DNA of 64,000 bases from an uncultured Chloroflexia bacterium (GTDB lineage: Bacteria; Chloroflexota; Anaerolineae; Anaerolineales; UBA4823): contig CAVSCE010000006.1 of assembly GCA_963726375.1 (NCBI GenBank), positions 102,581-166,580 of the forward strand, written 5' to 3'. A program made the position numbers and the translations under genes. The notes below the pieces were generated by a model. It made no database searches. It saw only the letters and a program-made list of their open reading frames with translations, and was not told the origin of the DNA. Positions 1 to 12,509 of this stretch are shown in pieces. Positions within the stretch are counted from its first letter, which is position 1; each line of letters starts with the position of its first letter.

Positions 1-1268
1 CCGACTTATCCGCTGGGGTAGATATGATGGTGAGGGTGTCCGTTGCGCAAAAACGCAAGATCACTGCAGGAGATAAAATGGCAGGGCGGCATGGAAATAA
101 AGGCGTCGTTTCCAAAGTTGTCCCTGTGGAAGATATGCCGTTTCTCGAAGATGGATTGCCAGTCGATATAATTTTAAATCCATTGGGCGTTCCAGGTCGA
201 ATGAACATCGGTCAGGTGCTGGAAACCCACCTGGGTTGGGCTGCTGGCAGGTTGGGATTTCGGGCGATATCGCCAGTATTCGATGGTGCAAGTGAAGAGG
301 AAATTGAAGCAGAACTTGCACGTGCCTGGCTGATTGACCACGCCTGGAACGAGACAACCCAGGTGGCTTGGAACTGGTTGAAAGAGGCTGATTTTGACCC
401 CTCGACCATCGAAGATGACCAGGAAGTCCGCCGGATTTATCTTGAGAACTGGTTGGCTGACCGGGGCTACGACGCTTACAGGCTAATTTCTGATGAAGAT
501 TATGCCCGGCGTTCAGTCTTACGAGAATGGCTGCGTGATAACGAGATTAATCCGGATAGTCTTCTTGCCTTTGAAAATGTATCCGATGCGGGTCCGGATC
601 GGCTCGGTAAGAATAAGAATGCGATTAAATCCTGCTTGCGCCTCTGGCTTAAGAACCAGGGTGAAGATATCAATCTGTTAAAAGTTGAAGATTATTCGAG
701 CCGGGCAAGAGAGATCAGCCTGGATAAAGGTATTCCAGTTCCGACCTTAGGAAAACAATATCTTCGAGACGGGAAGACCGGCGAGCCATATGATCAGCCT
801 GTTACCGTAGGTGTGATGACCATGTTGAAGCTTCACCACCTGGTTGAAGATAAAGTCCATGCGCGATCCACTGGACCGTACAGCCTGGTTTCCCAGCAGC
901 CTTTAGGTGGTAAGGCTCAATTTGGCGGACAGCGGTTTGGTGAAATGGAAGTCTGGGCGCTCGAGGCATATGGCGCTGCGTATACGCTTCAGGAAATGCT
1001 CACCGTAAAATCCGATGATGTTCAGGGTCGAGTAAAAACGTATGAAGCAATCGTTAAAGGTGAGCAGATCGAAGAGCCGAGCATCCCTGCATCATTCCGT
1101 GTGCTGGTCAAAGAGTTGCAAAGTCTCGGACTTGCTGTAGAAGCGGTGACGGATACGGGTGAGATCATCAAATTTGGGAAAGACGAGGAGCGCGCCCGTC
1201 CGCCGAAAATTGGCACAGGTTTGTTGAATTGGGAGAAGAGCTCTAATCAGCACCGGATCCGGTTTTGA
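1..1268 (+). CDS. rpoB: DNA-directed RNA polymerase beta subunit, C-terminal part (5' end lies upstream of the window; frame is open from nt 3)
   Basis: Motifs [90 protein letters not shown] are collinear with the E. coli RpoB C-terminus. TGA stop at 1266-1268. Confidence 0.92.
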   Translation, partial: DLSAGVDMMVRVSVAQKRKITAGDKMAGRHGNKGVVSKVVPVEDMPFLEDGLPVDIILNPLGVPGRMNIGQVLETHLGWAAGRLGFRAISPVFDGASEEEIEAELARAWLIDHAWNETTQVAWNWLKEADFDPSTIEDDQEVRRIYLENWLADRGYDAYRLISDEDYARRSVLREWLRDNEINPDSLLAFENVSDAGPDRLGKNKNAIKSCLRLWLKNQGEDINLLKVEDYSSRAREISLDKGIPVPTLGKQYLRDGKTGEPYDQPVTVGVMTMLKLHHLVEDKVHARSTGPYSLVSQQPLGGKAQFGGQRFGEMEVWALEAYGAAYTLQEMLTVKSDDVQGRVKTYEAIVKGEQIEEPSIPASFRVLVKELQSLGLAVEAVTDTGEIIKFGKDEERARPPKIGTGLLNWEKSSNQHRIRF

Positions 1269-1296
1269 TTAGTTTGATAAATTGTCGAAACCTGCC

Positions 1297-1325
1297 TTGA
1301 CGCTACTTTAGGCGCATGGTAGAAT
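1297..1325 (+). promoter_or_regulatory. Sigma-70-like promoter TTGACG-17bp-TAGAAT in the rpoB-rpsL spacer
   Basis: Hexamers at 1297-1302 and 1320-1325 with exactly 17 nt between them, about 165 nt upstream of the rpsL start codon. Confidence 0.5.
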
Positions 1326-1491
1326 TGCAGTTCGTTGCCCAACATTTCAGATAGGACGGCAATTACCCCCGTTCAGGCAACCTTACGAGTTAGAAACCGT
1401 GAGGCCATCATGTAAGAGCGATGGCCTCGCTTATTGGAAAGAAATCGCTGATCGCGACCATCAATTGTGTTCATTTTTATCTGGAGGCGAC

Positions 1492-1916
1492 TGTGCCAAC
1501 AATCAATCAATTGGTCCGCAAGGGCCGCAAAAGCAAGAAACTGAAAAGCAAGGCCCCTGCGCTGCTCTATACTCTGAACTCAATGAAGCAGCGCCGCTAC
1601 CGACAGGAGAAGGGTGCCCCGCAGAAGCGTGGTGTTTGCACGGTTGTGCGTACGATGACACCGAAGAAACCGAATTCTGCCCTGCGAAAAATTGCCCGCG
1701 TTCAGACTCAGCAACGGGATCGAAGTCACGGCTTACATCCCTGGTGAAGGGCACACGCTGCAGGAACACTCAGTTGTGTTGGTGCGCGGTGGTCGTGTCA
1801 AGGACCTACCAGGTGTTCGATATCACATCGTACGCGGTACTCTGGATACCGGTGGCGTCAACAACCGCAAACAGGGCCGCTCAAAATACGGTTCGAAACG
1901 CCCCAAAGCAAAGTAA
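1492..1916 (+). CDS. rpsL: 30S ribosomal protein S12. It is disrupted by a +1 insertion at about nt 1706, so the reading frame shifts from frame 2 to frame 0.
   Basis: The GTG at 1492 encodes [12 protein letters not shown] and is preceded by GGAGG. The C-terminal half ([44 protein letters not shown]) lies in the adjacent frame. Both halves align to E. coli S12. Confidence 0.88.
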
Positions 1917-1930
1917 GATAGGAGTAGTCG

Positions 1931-2401
1931 ATGTCTCGACGTGCAAAGCCCGAAAAACGAGAAATTCTCCCGGATGTCCGTTATAGCAACATCCTGGTGC
2001 AAACTTTCATCAACAGCGTCATGAGGAACGGAAAGAAAAGCCTTGCAGCAAGCCTGGTCTACGGTGCATTCGACCTCATGGAAGAGAAAACCAAACGCAG
2101 CGGTCTGGAAGTCTTCGAGCAGGCGATGAAGAATGTCTCACCGATGATGGAAGTCAAGCCCCGCCGTGTTGGCGGCGCAACATATCAGATCCCGATGGAA
2201 GTCCCAGCTGACAGACGTTTTGCTTTGGCGACACGCTGGGTTCTGCAGGCCGCAAACAGCCGTTCTGGCAGGAATTTTTCAGAGAAATTGGCCGGCGAGC
2301 TGATGGATGCATCCAACAACACAGGTTCTGCCATCCGTAAACGAGATGAATCCCACAAAATGGCTGAGGCCAACCGGGCATTCTCTCACTACCGGGCTTG
2401 A
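1931..2401 (+). CDS. rpsG: 30S ribosomal protein S7
   Basis: A 156-aa ORF with typical S7 sequence, in the canonical position after rpsL. Confidence 0.9.
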   Translation: MSRRAKPEKREILPDVRYSNILVQTFINSVMRNGKKSLAASLVYGAFDLMEEKTKRSGLEVFEQAMKNVSPMMEVKPRRVGGATYQIPMEVPADRRFALATRWVLQAANSRSGRNFSEKLAGELMDASNNTGSAIRKRDESHKMAEANRAFSHYRA

Positions 2402-2465
2402 GCTTGGTTTTCTAAGATTCTGCAGATCTTATTATCCGCGAAACAATTATCGCAAAGGTTATTGA

Positions 2466-4542
2466 ATGGCACGCAAGTTCCCACTGGAACGGTACCGAAA
2501 TATCGGGATTATCGCCCATATTGACGCCGGAAAAACAACCACAACCGAGCGGATTCTTTACTATACAGGGAAAACGCATCGCATCGGCTCTGTGGATGAC
2601 GGCACAACGGTAACCGATTGGATGGAACAGGAGCGTGAACGCGGGATTACGATTGTCTCTGCAGCAGTTTCCTCGGAATGGAAAGGGTATCAGATCAATA
2701 TTATCGATACTCCTGGCCATATCGATTTCACTGCTGAAGTGCAGCGTTCCTTGCGGGTCCTGGATGGCGGAATTGTCATTTTTGATGCCGTGCAGGGTGT
2801 AGAACCTCAAAGCGAGACGGTGTGGCGGCAGGCTGACCGTTATCAAGTTCCTCGGATTTGTTTTGTCAATAAGATGGATCGTGTTGGCGCTTCATATGAC
2901 AACACAATCCAATCAATACGTGAGCGGCTGGGTGCAAATCCGGTGGCTTTGCAGGTCCCTGTCGGTTCTGAAATCAAATTTCACAGGTGTTGTCGATTTA
3001 ATCAATCGAAAAGCGATAACCTGGTCTGAAGATGTGAACCTGGAACCGCTGGAGTCCGAAATCCCCACGGAGATGGTCGCTGATGTCGAGCTAAAGCGTG
3101 CCATCATGGTGGAGAAAATCGCCGAAAATGATGACGTTCTTACGGTGAAATATCCTTGAAGGTAAAGAAATTGGCATTGAAGAGCTGAAAACTGCAATTC
3201 GCAAGTCAGTCATTGCCGGCGAAATCACGCCAGTATTTTGCGGCAGCTCGTTGCGGAACAAAGGGGTGCAGCCCGTCCTGGACGCAGTTATTGATTATCT
3301 TCCATCTCCGGAGGATATCCCGCCCGTGGTCAGGTGAACACCCGAAAACAGGTCAGGAGCTCGCACTACCAGCTGAGGACGATGCGCCTTTGAGCGCACT
3401 TGTGTTTAAGATTGTTACAGACCCTTATGTTGGACGATTGGCATATTTCCGCGTTTATTCCGGAAAGTCTTACCCAGGGCGATATGATTTTAATTCCTCG
3501 AAGGACCGTAAAGAACGGGTTGGTCGGCTTATTCGAATGTATGCCGACCGGCGAGAGGATATCAATGAAGTTTTAGCCGGGGATATCGGCGCCGTGCTTG
3601 GGATGAAGGAGACTTTCACCGGCGATACTTTATGCGATAACAGCAGCCCAATTTTGCTGGAGACGATCACATTTCCGGAGCCAGTCATCTACGTTGCTAT
3701 TGAGCCAAAAACAACGGCAGATCAGGACAAAATGGGTGAGGCTCTCCGAAAACTTTCGGAAGAAGACCCGACATTCAGGGTCCGGACGGATGAATATACC
3801 GGTCAGACAATCATCGCCGGGATGGGTGAGCTGCATTTGGAAGTTATTGTTGACCGGATGTTGAGGGAATTTCAAAGTCCAGGGAAGAGTGGGCCGGCCG
3901 CAAGTAGCTTATCGCGAATCGATCACTATCCCGGTTGAAAAGTCAGATTACCGTTATGTCAAGCAGACTGGTGGGCGCGGCCAATATGGTCACGTAACAC
4001 TATCGATTGAACCTGGCGAAGCCGGCAGCGGAATTCAGTTCGAAAACAAGATCGTCGGCGGAGTTATTCCGAAAGAGTATATCCCGGCAGTGGAAAAAGG
4101 CGTCCGCGAAGCAGCAGAAGGTGGCGTACTCGCGGGTTATCCAGCCACAGATATCAAAATCCGACTTTATGATGGCTCATATCATGAAGTCGACTCTAAT
4201 GAAATGGCTTTTAAAATGGCCGGGTCTCTGGCATTTAAAGAAGGGGTACTTCGCGCCGGTCCTGTCCTTCTGGAACCGATCATGAAAGTGGAAGTCCTGG
4301 CTCCCGAAGAATTCTTGGGTGATATCATTGGGCAATTGAACTCCCGCAGAGGAGAAATCCTAGGGATGGAAATTCGACCGGGCAATGCCCAGGCGGTCCG
4401 CTCCATGGTTCCCCTTGCCGAGATGTTTGGCTATGCAACCGATTTGCGCTCTGCCACACAAGGTAGAGGTGTATTTACAATGGAATTTGACCATTATTCA
4501 CGCGTATCGGATACTGTCGCGCGAGCGATCATCGGTAACTGA
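2466..4542 (+). CDS. fusA: Elongation factor G. It is split into four ORF pieces by four single-nucleotide insertions near nt 2975, 3155, 3330 and 3871.
   Basis: [14 protein letters not shown]-domain at the N-terminus. The pieces read collinearly with EF-G ([16 protein letters not shown]; [17 protein letters not shown]...[26 protein letters not shown]; [20 protein letters not shown]) once the frames are joined. Confidence 0.9.
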
Positions 4543-4619
4543 TCGAACATCGATTAAAACTGTAATCATCAATTTGACTGCATGATCCTGACCAAGAACG
4601 AAAAAAGGAGAATGGATTT

Positions 4620-5822
<1,203 letters not shown>

Positions 5823-5830
5823 GTGATATT

Positions 5831-6142
5831 ATGATGGCAAAGCAGAAAATCCGTATCCGACTTAAAGCATATGATCATCGGGTGCTCGACCAATCAGCCA
5901 AGCGGATTGTTGAGACCGCTGAACGAACTGGTGCTCGAGTAGTTGGTCCAGTACCCTTGCCAACTAGGATAGAACGGTTTACAATACGGCGCTCGACTTT
6001 CATCGATAAAGATTCACACGAGCACTTTGAAATTCGTACCCATAACCGCTTGATCGATGTCCTGGACCCTGATTCCAAGACCATCGACATGTTGATGCGA
6101 TTAAACCTTCCTGCGGGCGTGGATATCGAAATCAAGATTTAG
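5831..6142 (+). CDS. rpsJ: 30S ribosomal protein S10
   Basis: A 103-aa ORF ([19 protein letters not shown]...) eight nt downstream of tuf. Confidence 0.93.
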   Translation: MMAKQKIRIRLKAYDHRVLDQSAKRIVETAERTGARVVGPVPLPTRIERFTIRRSTFIDKDSHEHFEIRTHNRLIDVLDPDSKTIDMLMRLNLPAGVDIEIKI

Positions 6143-6354
6143 TTTTTTTCTGTCATGGTTCACGGACCAAAGACCAGAAGGTCGCGTGAACCTGTACGCT
6201 TGAAATGTGAATAGACGGTGTAAGAACAGTCCTGACCGTGGGCTACACAAACTATGAAGCCCTCGCCAGATTGATTGACTGCACCGTATTCAGGGATGAT
6301 GCAGCAGAGCCCAGACTGACAGTCCCGGATATTATTTATAAGGAGACAATTGAG

Positions 6355-6984
6355 ATGTTGAAAGGGCTTATTGGCAAGAAAGTCGGCATGACCCAGATTT
6401 TCGACGATACAGGTGCGGCTGTACCCGTGACACTCGTTGAAGCTGGGCCTTGCTATGTAACCCAGGTCCGTTCTGCGGATAAAGACGGCTACACAGCCAT
6501 CCAAATGGGTTTTGAAGAGGCAAAGCCAAAGCGTCTTTCTGGTGGTCGATTGGGGCACCTGAAGCGCAACAACTTGCCTCCGTTGCGCTTTTTGCGCGAA
6601 TTCAGGACGAAATCAGTTGAGATGCAAGAAGGCGATAAGCTGACGGTTGAGGTTTTCTCGGTTGGTGATTTTGTCGATGTAGTCGGAACGAGCAAGGGGA
6701 AGGGTTTCGCGGGAGCTGTCAAGCGGTACCATTTCGCTGGTGGACCCAAGACCCACGGCCAATCGGATCGTCAGCGCGCTCCAGGCTCTCGCGGGTCTGG
6801 CACGACCCCGGGCAGAGTATATAAAGGCGCCAAAGGTCCTGGTCATATGGGAAATGAACGCGTCACCACTCAAAACCTGAAGGTTGTTTTGGTCGATCAG
6901 GATCGCAACCTGATTGGTTTACGCGGTTCAGTACCCGGCTCGAGAGGCGGCATTCTTATGATCAAGGAAGTCCGGAAACAGTAA
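6355..6984 (+). CDS. rplC: 50S ribosomal protein L3
   Basis: MLKGLIGKKVGMTQIFDDTG start with a ribosome-binding site. The longer ORF starting at 6238 is likely an upstream over-extension. Confidence 0.9.
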   Translation: MLKGLIGKKVGMTQIFDDTGAAVPVTLVEAGPCYVTQVRSADKDGYTAIQMGFEEAKPKRLSGGRLGHLKRNNLPPLRFLREFRTKSVEMQEGDKLTVEVFSVGDFVDVVGTSKGKGFAGAVKRYHFAGGPKTHGQSDRQRAPGSRGSGTTPGRVYKGAKGPGHMGNERVTTQNLKVVLVDQDRNLIGLRGSVPGSRGGILMIKEVRKQ

Positions 6985-7001
6985 ATGGGCTGCTGGATCA
7001 A

Positions 7002-7649
7002 ATGGGAGCAAATGACATGAAGGTAGATGTCTTGAATATGGAAGGGCAGAAAGTTCGGACTGTGGAGTTGCCAGCCGCGATTTTCGAAGCCCCGGTAAAT
7101 GTTGATTTGATGCACCAGGCATTCGTTCGCCAGATGGCAAACGCACGCCTGGGCACGCATAAGACCAAAGGCCGGAGTGAAGTCTCTGGCGGTGGCCGCA
7201 AACCTTGGCACCAGAAGGGCACTGGTCGGGCTCGGCAGGGGTCTATTCGAGCAGCGCATTGGGTTGGTGGCGGTAAAGTCCACACCCCGAAACCGCGAGA
7301 TTACTCGCAGGCGATGCCGAAAAAAATGCGCCAGGCGGCAATCCGTTCGGCTTTGACGGTGAAAGCTTCTGAAAGCGGAGTCGTTGTACTGGAAACCCTC
7401 GAGCTGCCTGAAATTAAAACCCGACTGATGGCGCAGGCTCTGGACCGGTTAGTCGGTTCTTCCAGTGCGTTAATCTTGATCCCTGAAAAGGATGAAAGCT
7501 ATCAGCGTGTGGTCCTCTCGACCAATAATCTGCCAGATGCGAAGACTGTATTGGTCAACTACGTCAATATCCGCGATTTGCTTGGATATGATCGGCTGGT
7601 CTTCCCGCTTCCGGTGATCGAAAAACTTGAAGCGCTGCTAGTGAGTTAG
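7002..7649 (+). CDS. rplD: 50S ribosomal protein L4
   Basis: L4 family sequence. The start is at 7002 or at the ATG at 7017. Confidence 0.9.
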   Translation: MGANDMKVDVLNMEGQKVRTVELPAAIFEAPVNVDLMHQAFVRQMANARLGTHKTKGRSEVSGGGRKPWHQKGTGRARQGSIRAAHWVGGGKVHTPKPRDYSQAMPKKMRQAAIRSALTVKASESGVVVLETLELPEIKTRLMAQALDRLVGSSSALILIPEKDESYQRVVLSTNNLPDAKTVLVNYVNIRDLLGYDRLVFPLPVIEKLEALLVS

Positions 7650-7964
7650 GTGGAGGAAGCAATGACTACTTTATATGATGTGCTTCGGCGTCCACTGGTC
7701 ACCGAGAAAACGAACTATCTGAACAGTCAGCTTCACCAGTATGCTTTTGAGGTCGCGACAGAGGCGACCAAAGGAATGGTGAAGGACGCTGTTGAAACGA
7801 TTTTTGATGTCAAAGTCCTGCGAGTTAACGTGATGGTAATGCCTGCCAAGCAGAAGCGCAACCTTCGCAGCCGTCGTACCACAATCCGGCGAGGCAGCTT
7901 CAAGAAAGCAATCGTCACACTTGCTCCTGGAGATACGATCGCACTATTTGAAGGAGTAAAATAA
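7650..7964 (+). CDS. rplW: 50S ribosomal protein L23
   Basis: A 104-aa ORF containing the L23 LRRPLVTEK motif. Confidence 0.9.
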   Translation: MEEAMTTLYDVLRRPLVTEKTNYLNSQLHQYAFEVATEATKGMVKDAVETIFDVKVLRVNVMVMPAKQKRNLRSRRTTIRRGSFKKAIVTLAPGDTIALFEGVK

Positions 7965-8797
7965 TGGGCGTCAAGAAATATAAACCCGTTACTCCTGGCA
8001 CACGGGGTATGACCGGGTACTCGTTCGAGGAGATCACAAAATCTACCCCTGAACGTTCTCTGATCCAGTCCCTGCGGAAGAGTGGTGGACGCAATGCTTA
8101 TGGTCGCGTAACCGTCCGACACCGAGGTGGTGGACACCGCCGGAATTTAAGGCTTGTAGATTTCAAGCGTGAGAAATTCGGCATTCCAGCTCGTGTTGCT
8201 GCCATTGAATATGATCCAAATCGGACAGCACGCCTTGCTTTGCTGTTTTATGCCGATGGGGAGAAGCGTTACATCATCGCGCCGCTTGATCTGCGGGTTG
8301 GAGACACGGTCCTCTCTGGATCTGGGGCGGAAGTTCGTCCTGGAAACTGCCTCCCGATTTCGAATATCCCGGTCGGGACATTGGTCCACAATATCGAGCT
8401 CAAAGAAGGTCGCGGAGGTCAACTTGTGCGTGCGGCCGGCGTTTCAGCACAGCTCCTTGCAAAAGAAGGTGATCATGCTCAGATTCGCATGCCTTCTGGT
8501 GAGGTGAGGTTGGTTCGTCAGACCTGTTATGCAACCGTTGGCCAGGTTGGTAATCTGGAACATAGCAATATAAAGCTTGGGAAAGCTGGTCGTAAGCGAC
8601 ACATGGGCATTCGCCCAACCGTGCGCGGCACAGCCATGTCCCCCCGCGACCATCCGCATGGTGGCGGTGAAGGTCGCCAGCCGATTGGTATGCCTAGCCC
8701 AAAGAGCCCGTGGGGTAAACCCACCCTGGGCGCCAAGACACGGCGGAATAAGAAGACGGATAAGTTTATCGTCCGCCGGCGTGGAAAGAAACGCTAA
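7964..8797 (+). CDS. rplB: 50S ribosomal protein L2
   Basis: A 277-aa ORF with the L2 signature (HPHGGGEGR). Confidence 0.95.
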   Translation: MGVKKYKPVTPGTRGMTGYSFEEITKSTPERSLIQSLRKSGGRNAYGRVTVRHRGGGHRRNLRLVDFKREKFGIPARVAAIEYDPNRTARLALLFYADGEKRYIIAPLDLRVGDTVLSGSGAEVRPGNCLPISNIPVGTLVHNIELKEGRGGQLVRAAGVSAQLLAKEGDHAQIRMPSGEVRLVRQTCYATVGQVGNLEHSNIKLGKAGRKRHMGIRPTVRGTAMSPRDHPHGGGEGRQPIGMPSPKSPWGKPTLGAKTRRNKKTDKFIVRRRGKKR

Positions 8798-8853
8798 GAG
8801 ATTATCAGCATAACGCTTTGTGATGCGTTAGCGAGATTGTTGGAGATAAGATT

Positions 8854-9132
8854 ATGGGACGATCGTTAAAAAAAGGCCCGTTTATCGATGCGAAGCTGCT
8901 TAAGAAAATCGAGCTCATGAACGAGCGCGGTGATAAGAAGGTAATTCGCACCTGGAGCCGAGCCAGTACCATTTTCCCCCAGATGGTTGGCCACACTATC
9001 GCTGTTCATGATGGACGCCGGCATGTTCCGATTTACATCACTGAAAATATGGTTGGTCATAAATTGGGTGAGTTCGCACCCACGCGCCTCTTCCGCGGCC
9101 ATGTCGCCGAAAAGAAAGTGAAGAGAGGGTAA
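8854..9132 (+). CDS. rpsS: 30S ribosomal protein S19
   Basis: A 92-aa ORF beginning [12 protein letters not shown]. Confidence 0.95.
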   Translation: MGRSLKKGPFIDAKLLKKIELMNERGDKKVIRTWSRASTIFPQMVGHTIAVHDGRRHVPIYITENMVGHKLGEFAPTRLFRGHVAEKKVKRG

Positions 9133-9137
9133 AAGCC

Positions 9138-9485
9138 ATGCCGACGGATATTTTTGCTCAGGCTCGCTTTATTCCAATTTCTGCCCAGAAGGTGCGCTTG
9201 GTTGCTGACCTTGTCCGCGGCAGGGATGTAGTGGATGCACTGACACTCCTGAAATTTACGCCAAATTATGCTGCCGATCCGGTGTCTAAGGTCGTTGCGT
9301 CCGCAATGGCGAACGGCGAGGAAAACTTCGGTGTAAGCCGCGACGAAATGTTCATCTACAAGATAACTGCGGATGAAGCACCAACTCGTAAATGGCGGCG
9401 ATTTGGTGCACGCGGGCGGTTCAAGCCCTGGCTGCGGCGGACCTCGCACATCACCGTCATCCTGCGAGAGCGGGAAGGTAAGTAA
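9138..9485 (+). CDS. rplV: 50S ribosomal protein L22
   Basis: A 115-aa ORF with L22 family sequence. Confidence 0.9.
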   Translation: MPTDIFAQARFIPISAQKVRLVADLVRGRDVVDALTLLKFTPNYAADPVSKVVASAMANGEENFGVSRDEMFIYKITADEAPTRKWRRFGARGRFKPWLRRTSHITVILREREGK

Positions 9486-9494
9486 GGAGATCAT

Positions 9495-10172
9495 ATGGGC
9501 CGAAAAGTACATCCAATCGGATTTCGTTTGAAAATCAATAAGACCTGGGAAGGCCGCTGGTTTGCCGAAGGTAAAGAGTATGTTGAAAACCTGCACCAGG
9601 ACTTCCACCTGCGTGAACTGGTTCGCAATGAAGCCCCCAAGGCGGGCGTGTCCCGTGTTGAGGTGGAACGGTTCCCAGGAAAAGTAAAGATTATCGTCCA
9701 TACCGCCAAACCGGGCATCTTAATTGGCCGAAAAGGCGAAAATGTGAAAAAGATCCGCCAGAGCCTGGAGAGTGTCGTCGGGAAAAAGATCGATTTGGAA
9801 ATCAAAGAGATAAAGGCTCCCGATCTGGATGCTTACCTGGTCGCACAGAACATTGCTGAGCAGCTGGAGCGACGGATTAGCTACCAGCGAGCAATGAAGC
9901 GTGCCCTTCAACAGGCTTCTCGCCAGGGTGGGGAAGGCATTCGTATTGAAGTTTCTGGACGATTGAGCGGTGCTGAAATGGCGCGCACTGTAAATATGCG
10001 TGAGGGAAAAGTCCCTCGCCAAACGTTGAGAGCGGATATCGACTACGCCAAATCTGAAGCCTTGACAACTTATGGCCGCATTGGCGTGAAAGTTTGGATT
10101 TACAAAGGCGAAGTCCTTCCCGAGGTTGAGGAAAGACTAAAATCAACCGAAGGCGTGTATGTGAGTGAATAA
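9495..10172 (+). CDS. rpsC: 30S ribosomal protein S3
   Basis: A 225-aa ORF beginning [12 protein letters not shown] with a KH domain. Confidence 0.95.
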   Translation: MGRKVHPIGFRLKINKTWEGRWFAEGKEYVENLHQDFHLRELVRNEAPKAGVSRVEVERFPGKVKIIVHTAKPGILIGRKGENVKKIRQSLESVVGKKIDLEIKEIKAPDLDAYLVAQNIAEQLERRISYQRAMKRALQQASRQGGEGIRIEVSGRLSGAEMARTVNMREGKVPRQTLRADIDYAKSEALTTYGRIGVKVWIYKGEVLPEVEERLKSTEGVYVSE

Positions 10173-10261
10173 TCAGGTGAATTATTGACCCGCGCAGGTA
10201 TGAGCAAATTGGGCTCTCCTGAACGCTGGCGGTTTCACACTGGAAAAGCGAGGTTGTTATT

Positions 10262-10690
10262 ATGTTAATGCCTAAGCGTGTAAAGTGGCGCAAGCAAATG
10301 CGCGGCCGAATGAAAGGCAAAGCGGTCCGAGGTTCGGATGTCGTCTTTGGTGATTATGGTTTGAAAGCGATGGAACCCGGCTGGGTATCTGCTCGCCAAA
10401 TCGAAGCTGCCCGGCGGGCGATTGTTCGAGAAATGAAGCGTCATGGAAAAATTTGGATCCGGATCTTCCCCGATAAGCCTGTGACCCACAAACCCGCTGA
10501 GACGCGAATGGGTAAAGGAAAAGGGAATGTGGAGTATTGGGTGGCTGTTGTCAAACCTGGCCGGATCATGTTTGAGATCGGTGGAGGATTGACGGAAGAT
10601 GTTGCAAAGGAAGCCCTGCGTTTGGCCCAGTACAAATTCTCGATCAGAACCAAGATCGTGGGTCGTCACGATATGGTAGGAGGCGAGTAA
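10262..10690 (+). CDS. rplP: 50S ribosomal protein L16
   Basis: A 142-aa ORF beginning [12 protein letters not shown]. Confidence 0.95.
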   Translation: MLMPKRVKWRKQMRGRMKGKAVRGSDVVFGDYGLKAMEPGWVSARQIEAARRAIVREMKRHGKIWIRIFPDKPVTHKPAETRMGKGKGNVEYWVAVVKPGRIMFEIGGGLTEDVAKEALRLAQYKFSIRTKIVGRHDMVGGE

Positions 10691-10905
10691 TGGCCGAAAA
10701 GAATAAGAAGTATCATGAGATGTCATCGGACGAGCTTTTCAAAAAAATGAATGACGCCCGCGAAGAGTTGATGAAACTCAGATTTCAGCAGGCGACTGGG
10801 GAACTGACGGATTACACCCGCATGCGGCATACTCGTCAGCTTATTGCCCGCCTGATGACCATTCTTCATGAGCGAGAGTTGAAAGTTGTTGGAGGTGAGC
10901 AATGA
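10690..10905 (+). CDS. rpmC: 50S ribosomal protein L29
   Basis: A 71-aa ORF that overlaps rplP and rpsQ as is typical for this operon. Confidence 0.85.
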   Translation: MAEKNKKYHEMSSDELFKKMNDAREELMKLRFQQATGELTDYTRMRHTRQLIARLMTILHERELKVVGGEQ

Positions 10906-11198
10906 ACACTCGCCGTCGCTTGATCGGTGTAGTTACCAGCGATAAGATGCAAAAGACCGTTGTTGTGGAAATCGCGCGCACATACAGTCATCCACTCTAT
11001 AAAAAAGTTGTCCACTCCCGCCATCGTTTGATGGCTCATGATGAGTTGGGTTGCCAAATTGGCGATAAGGTTCAAATTATTGAGAGCCGTCCGTATTCAA
11101 GGCACACTCGCTGGGCTGTGGAGTCAATATTAGGACATAACATTGAGGCTGCGAGTGAACCGATGCCTGAGGCGTTGGAACTGGAGGAAAGGGAATGA
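10902..11198 (+). CDS. rpsQ: 30S ribosomal protein S17
   Basis: A 98-aa ORF with S17 family sequence. Confidence 0.9.
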   Translation: MNTRRRLIGVVTSDKMQKTVVVEIARTYSHPLYKKVVHSRHRLMAHDELGCQIGDKVQIIESRPYSRHTRWAVESILGHNIEAASEPMPEALELEERE

Positions 11199-11566
11199 TC
11201 CAGCACGAGACGCGTCTGAAAGTTGCTGATAACACTGGCGCGCGCGAGCTTCTGGTGATCCACATCACTGGTGGTTCCACCCGTTTTTCAGGGCGTGTGG
11301 GTGATGTCGTAGTCGCGACAGTAAAATCCGCAACGCCGACAGGTTCTGTCAAGAAAAGCGATATTGTCAAAGCAGTAATCGTTCGCACCTCAAAAGAGTG
11401 GCGGCGTGAAGATGGTTCGACCATCAGATTTGATGATAACGCAGCAGTTATCCTGGATACGGATGGGAAAAATCCAAAAGGGACTCGCATTTTTGGTCCA
11501 GTAGCTCGTGAATTACGCGAAAAAGGTTTTATGAAGATCGTTTCCTTGGCCCCCGAGGTCCTTTAG
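11195..11566 (+). CDS. rplN: 50S ribosomal protein L14
   Basis: A 123-aa ORF beginning [16 protein letters not shown]. Confidence 0.95.
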   Translation: MIQHETRLKVADNTGARELLVIHITGGSTRFSGRVGDVVVATVKSATPTGSVKKSDIVKAVIVRTSKEWRREDGSTIRFDDNAAVILDTDGKNPKGTRIFGPVARELREKGFMKIVSLAPEVL

Positions 11567-11605
11567 GAACTTCGGATAAGCGATGGAGACGCAGGAGCGA
11601 GAGCT

Positions 11606-11935
11606 GTGAAAGTGAAGATTCGCAAAGGTGATACCGTTCAGGTTATTAGCGGTCGCTTGGAAGACAAAGGTAAGAAAGGCGAAGTGATTAAAGTCTTACC
11701 TGAGGACCGGCGAGTAGTTGTGCAGGGTGTGAACATGCGTAAAAAACACCAGCGCCAGGTACAGACCAAAGGGCGAACGTTAAATCCTGGAATTATTGAG
11801 TTTGAAGCGCCGATTTCGATTTCGAACGTCATGCTGATTTGTCCATCTTGTGGGGAACCGACACGTGTGTTGGTCGTCCGCAAGGATGAGAGCGTGCAGC
11901 GGATGTGCAAGAAATGCCAGGCACAGTTCGAATAG
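11606..11935 (+). CDS. rplX: 50S ribosomal protein L24 with a C-terminal C4 zinc-ribbon extension
   Basis: GTG start. KOW region ([11 protein letters not shown]), then [10 protein letters not shown]...CKKCQ. Thermus-type L24 has the same arrangement. Confidence 0.88.
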   Translation: MKVKIRKGDTVQVISGRLEDKGKKGEVIKVLPEDRRVVVQGVNMRKKHQRQVQTKGRTLNPGIIEFEAPISISNVMLICPSCGEPTRVLVVRKDESVQRMCKKCQAQFE

Positions 11936-11957
11936 TCGGCTGATTGGGAGCACGATA

Positions 11958-12506
11958 ATGGGCCATGTATTAAAAGATCGTTATCTGAACGAAGTGATGC
12001 CGGCACTGATGAAGTCGCTGAAAGTGACGAACGTCATGCAAGTGCCGCACATTGAGAAAGTTATCATAAACATCGGGTTGGGCGAAGCCCTGGATAATGC
12101 CAAAGCCCTCGATGCCGCTGTGGGTGACCTGAACTTGATCGCGGGTCAGAAACCAGTTGTCACCAAAGCTCGAAAAAGCATCGCGAATTTCAAGCTTCGC
12201 GAAGGGCGAGCAATCGGCGCAAAAGTGACTCTGCGCGGCGAGCGAATGTGGTCCTTCATGGATCGCCTGATGAATATTGCTCTGCCACGAGTGCGCGACT
12301 TCCGGGGAGTCTCACCAGATGCTTTTGATGGGCGTGGTAATTACACCCTGGGTTTGCGAGAGCAATTGGTGTTCCCCGAGATCGAATACGACAAGATCGA
12401 CAAACTGCGCGGCCTGGAGGTAACGATCGTTACCTCTGCGACAAACGATGACCACGGTCGTCAATTGCTTCAGCTGCTTGGTATGCCGTTCAAAAAGGAA
12501 GGTTAA
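11958..12506 (+). CDS. rplE: 50S ribosomal protein L5
   Basis: [17 protein letters not shown] start. The ORF starting at 11850 over-extends upstream. Confidence 0.9.
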   Translation: MGHVLKDRYLNEVMPALMKSLKVTNVMQVPHIEKVIINIGLGEALDNAKALDAAVGDLNLIAGQKPVVTKARKSIANFKLREGRAIGAKVTLRGERMWSFMDRLMNIALPRVRDFRGVSPDAFDGRGNYTLGLREQLVFPEIEYDKIDKLRGLEVTIVTSATNDDHGRQLLQLLGMPFKKEG

Positions 12507-12509
12507 CCG

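Noticed and set aside
1399-1986. A 195-aa plus-strand ORF overlapping rpsL and the rpsG start
   Set aside because: It is an alternative frame of the S12 gene region, with a Cys- and Ala-rich low-complexity translation. The real genes are S12 and S7.
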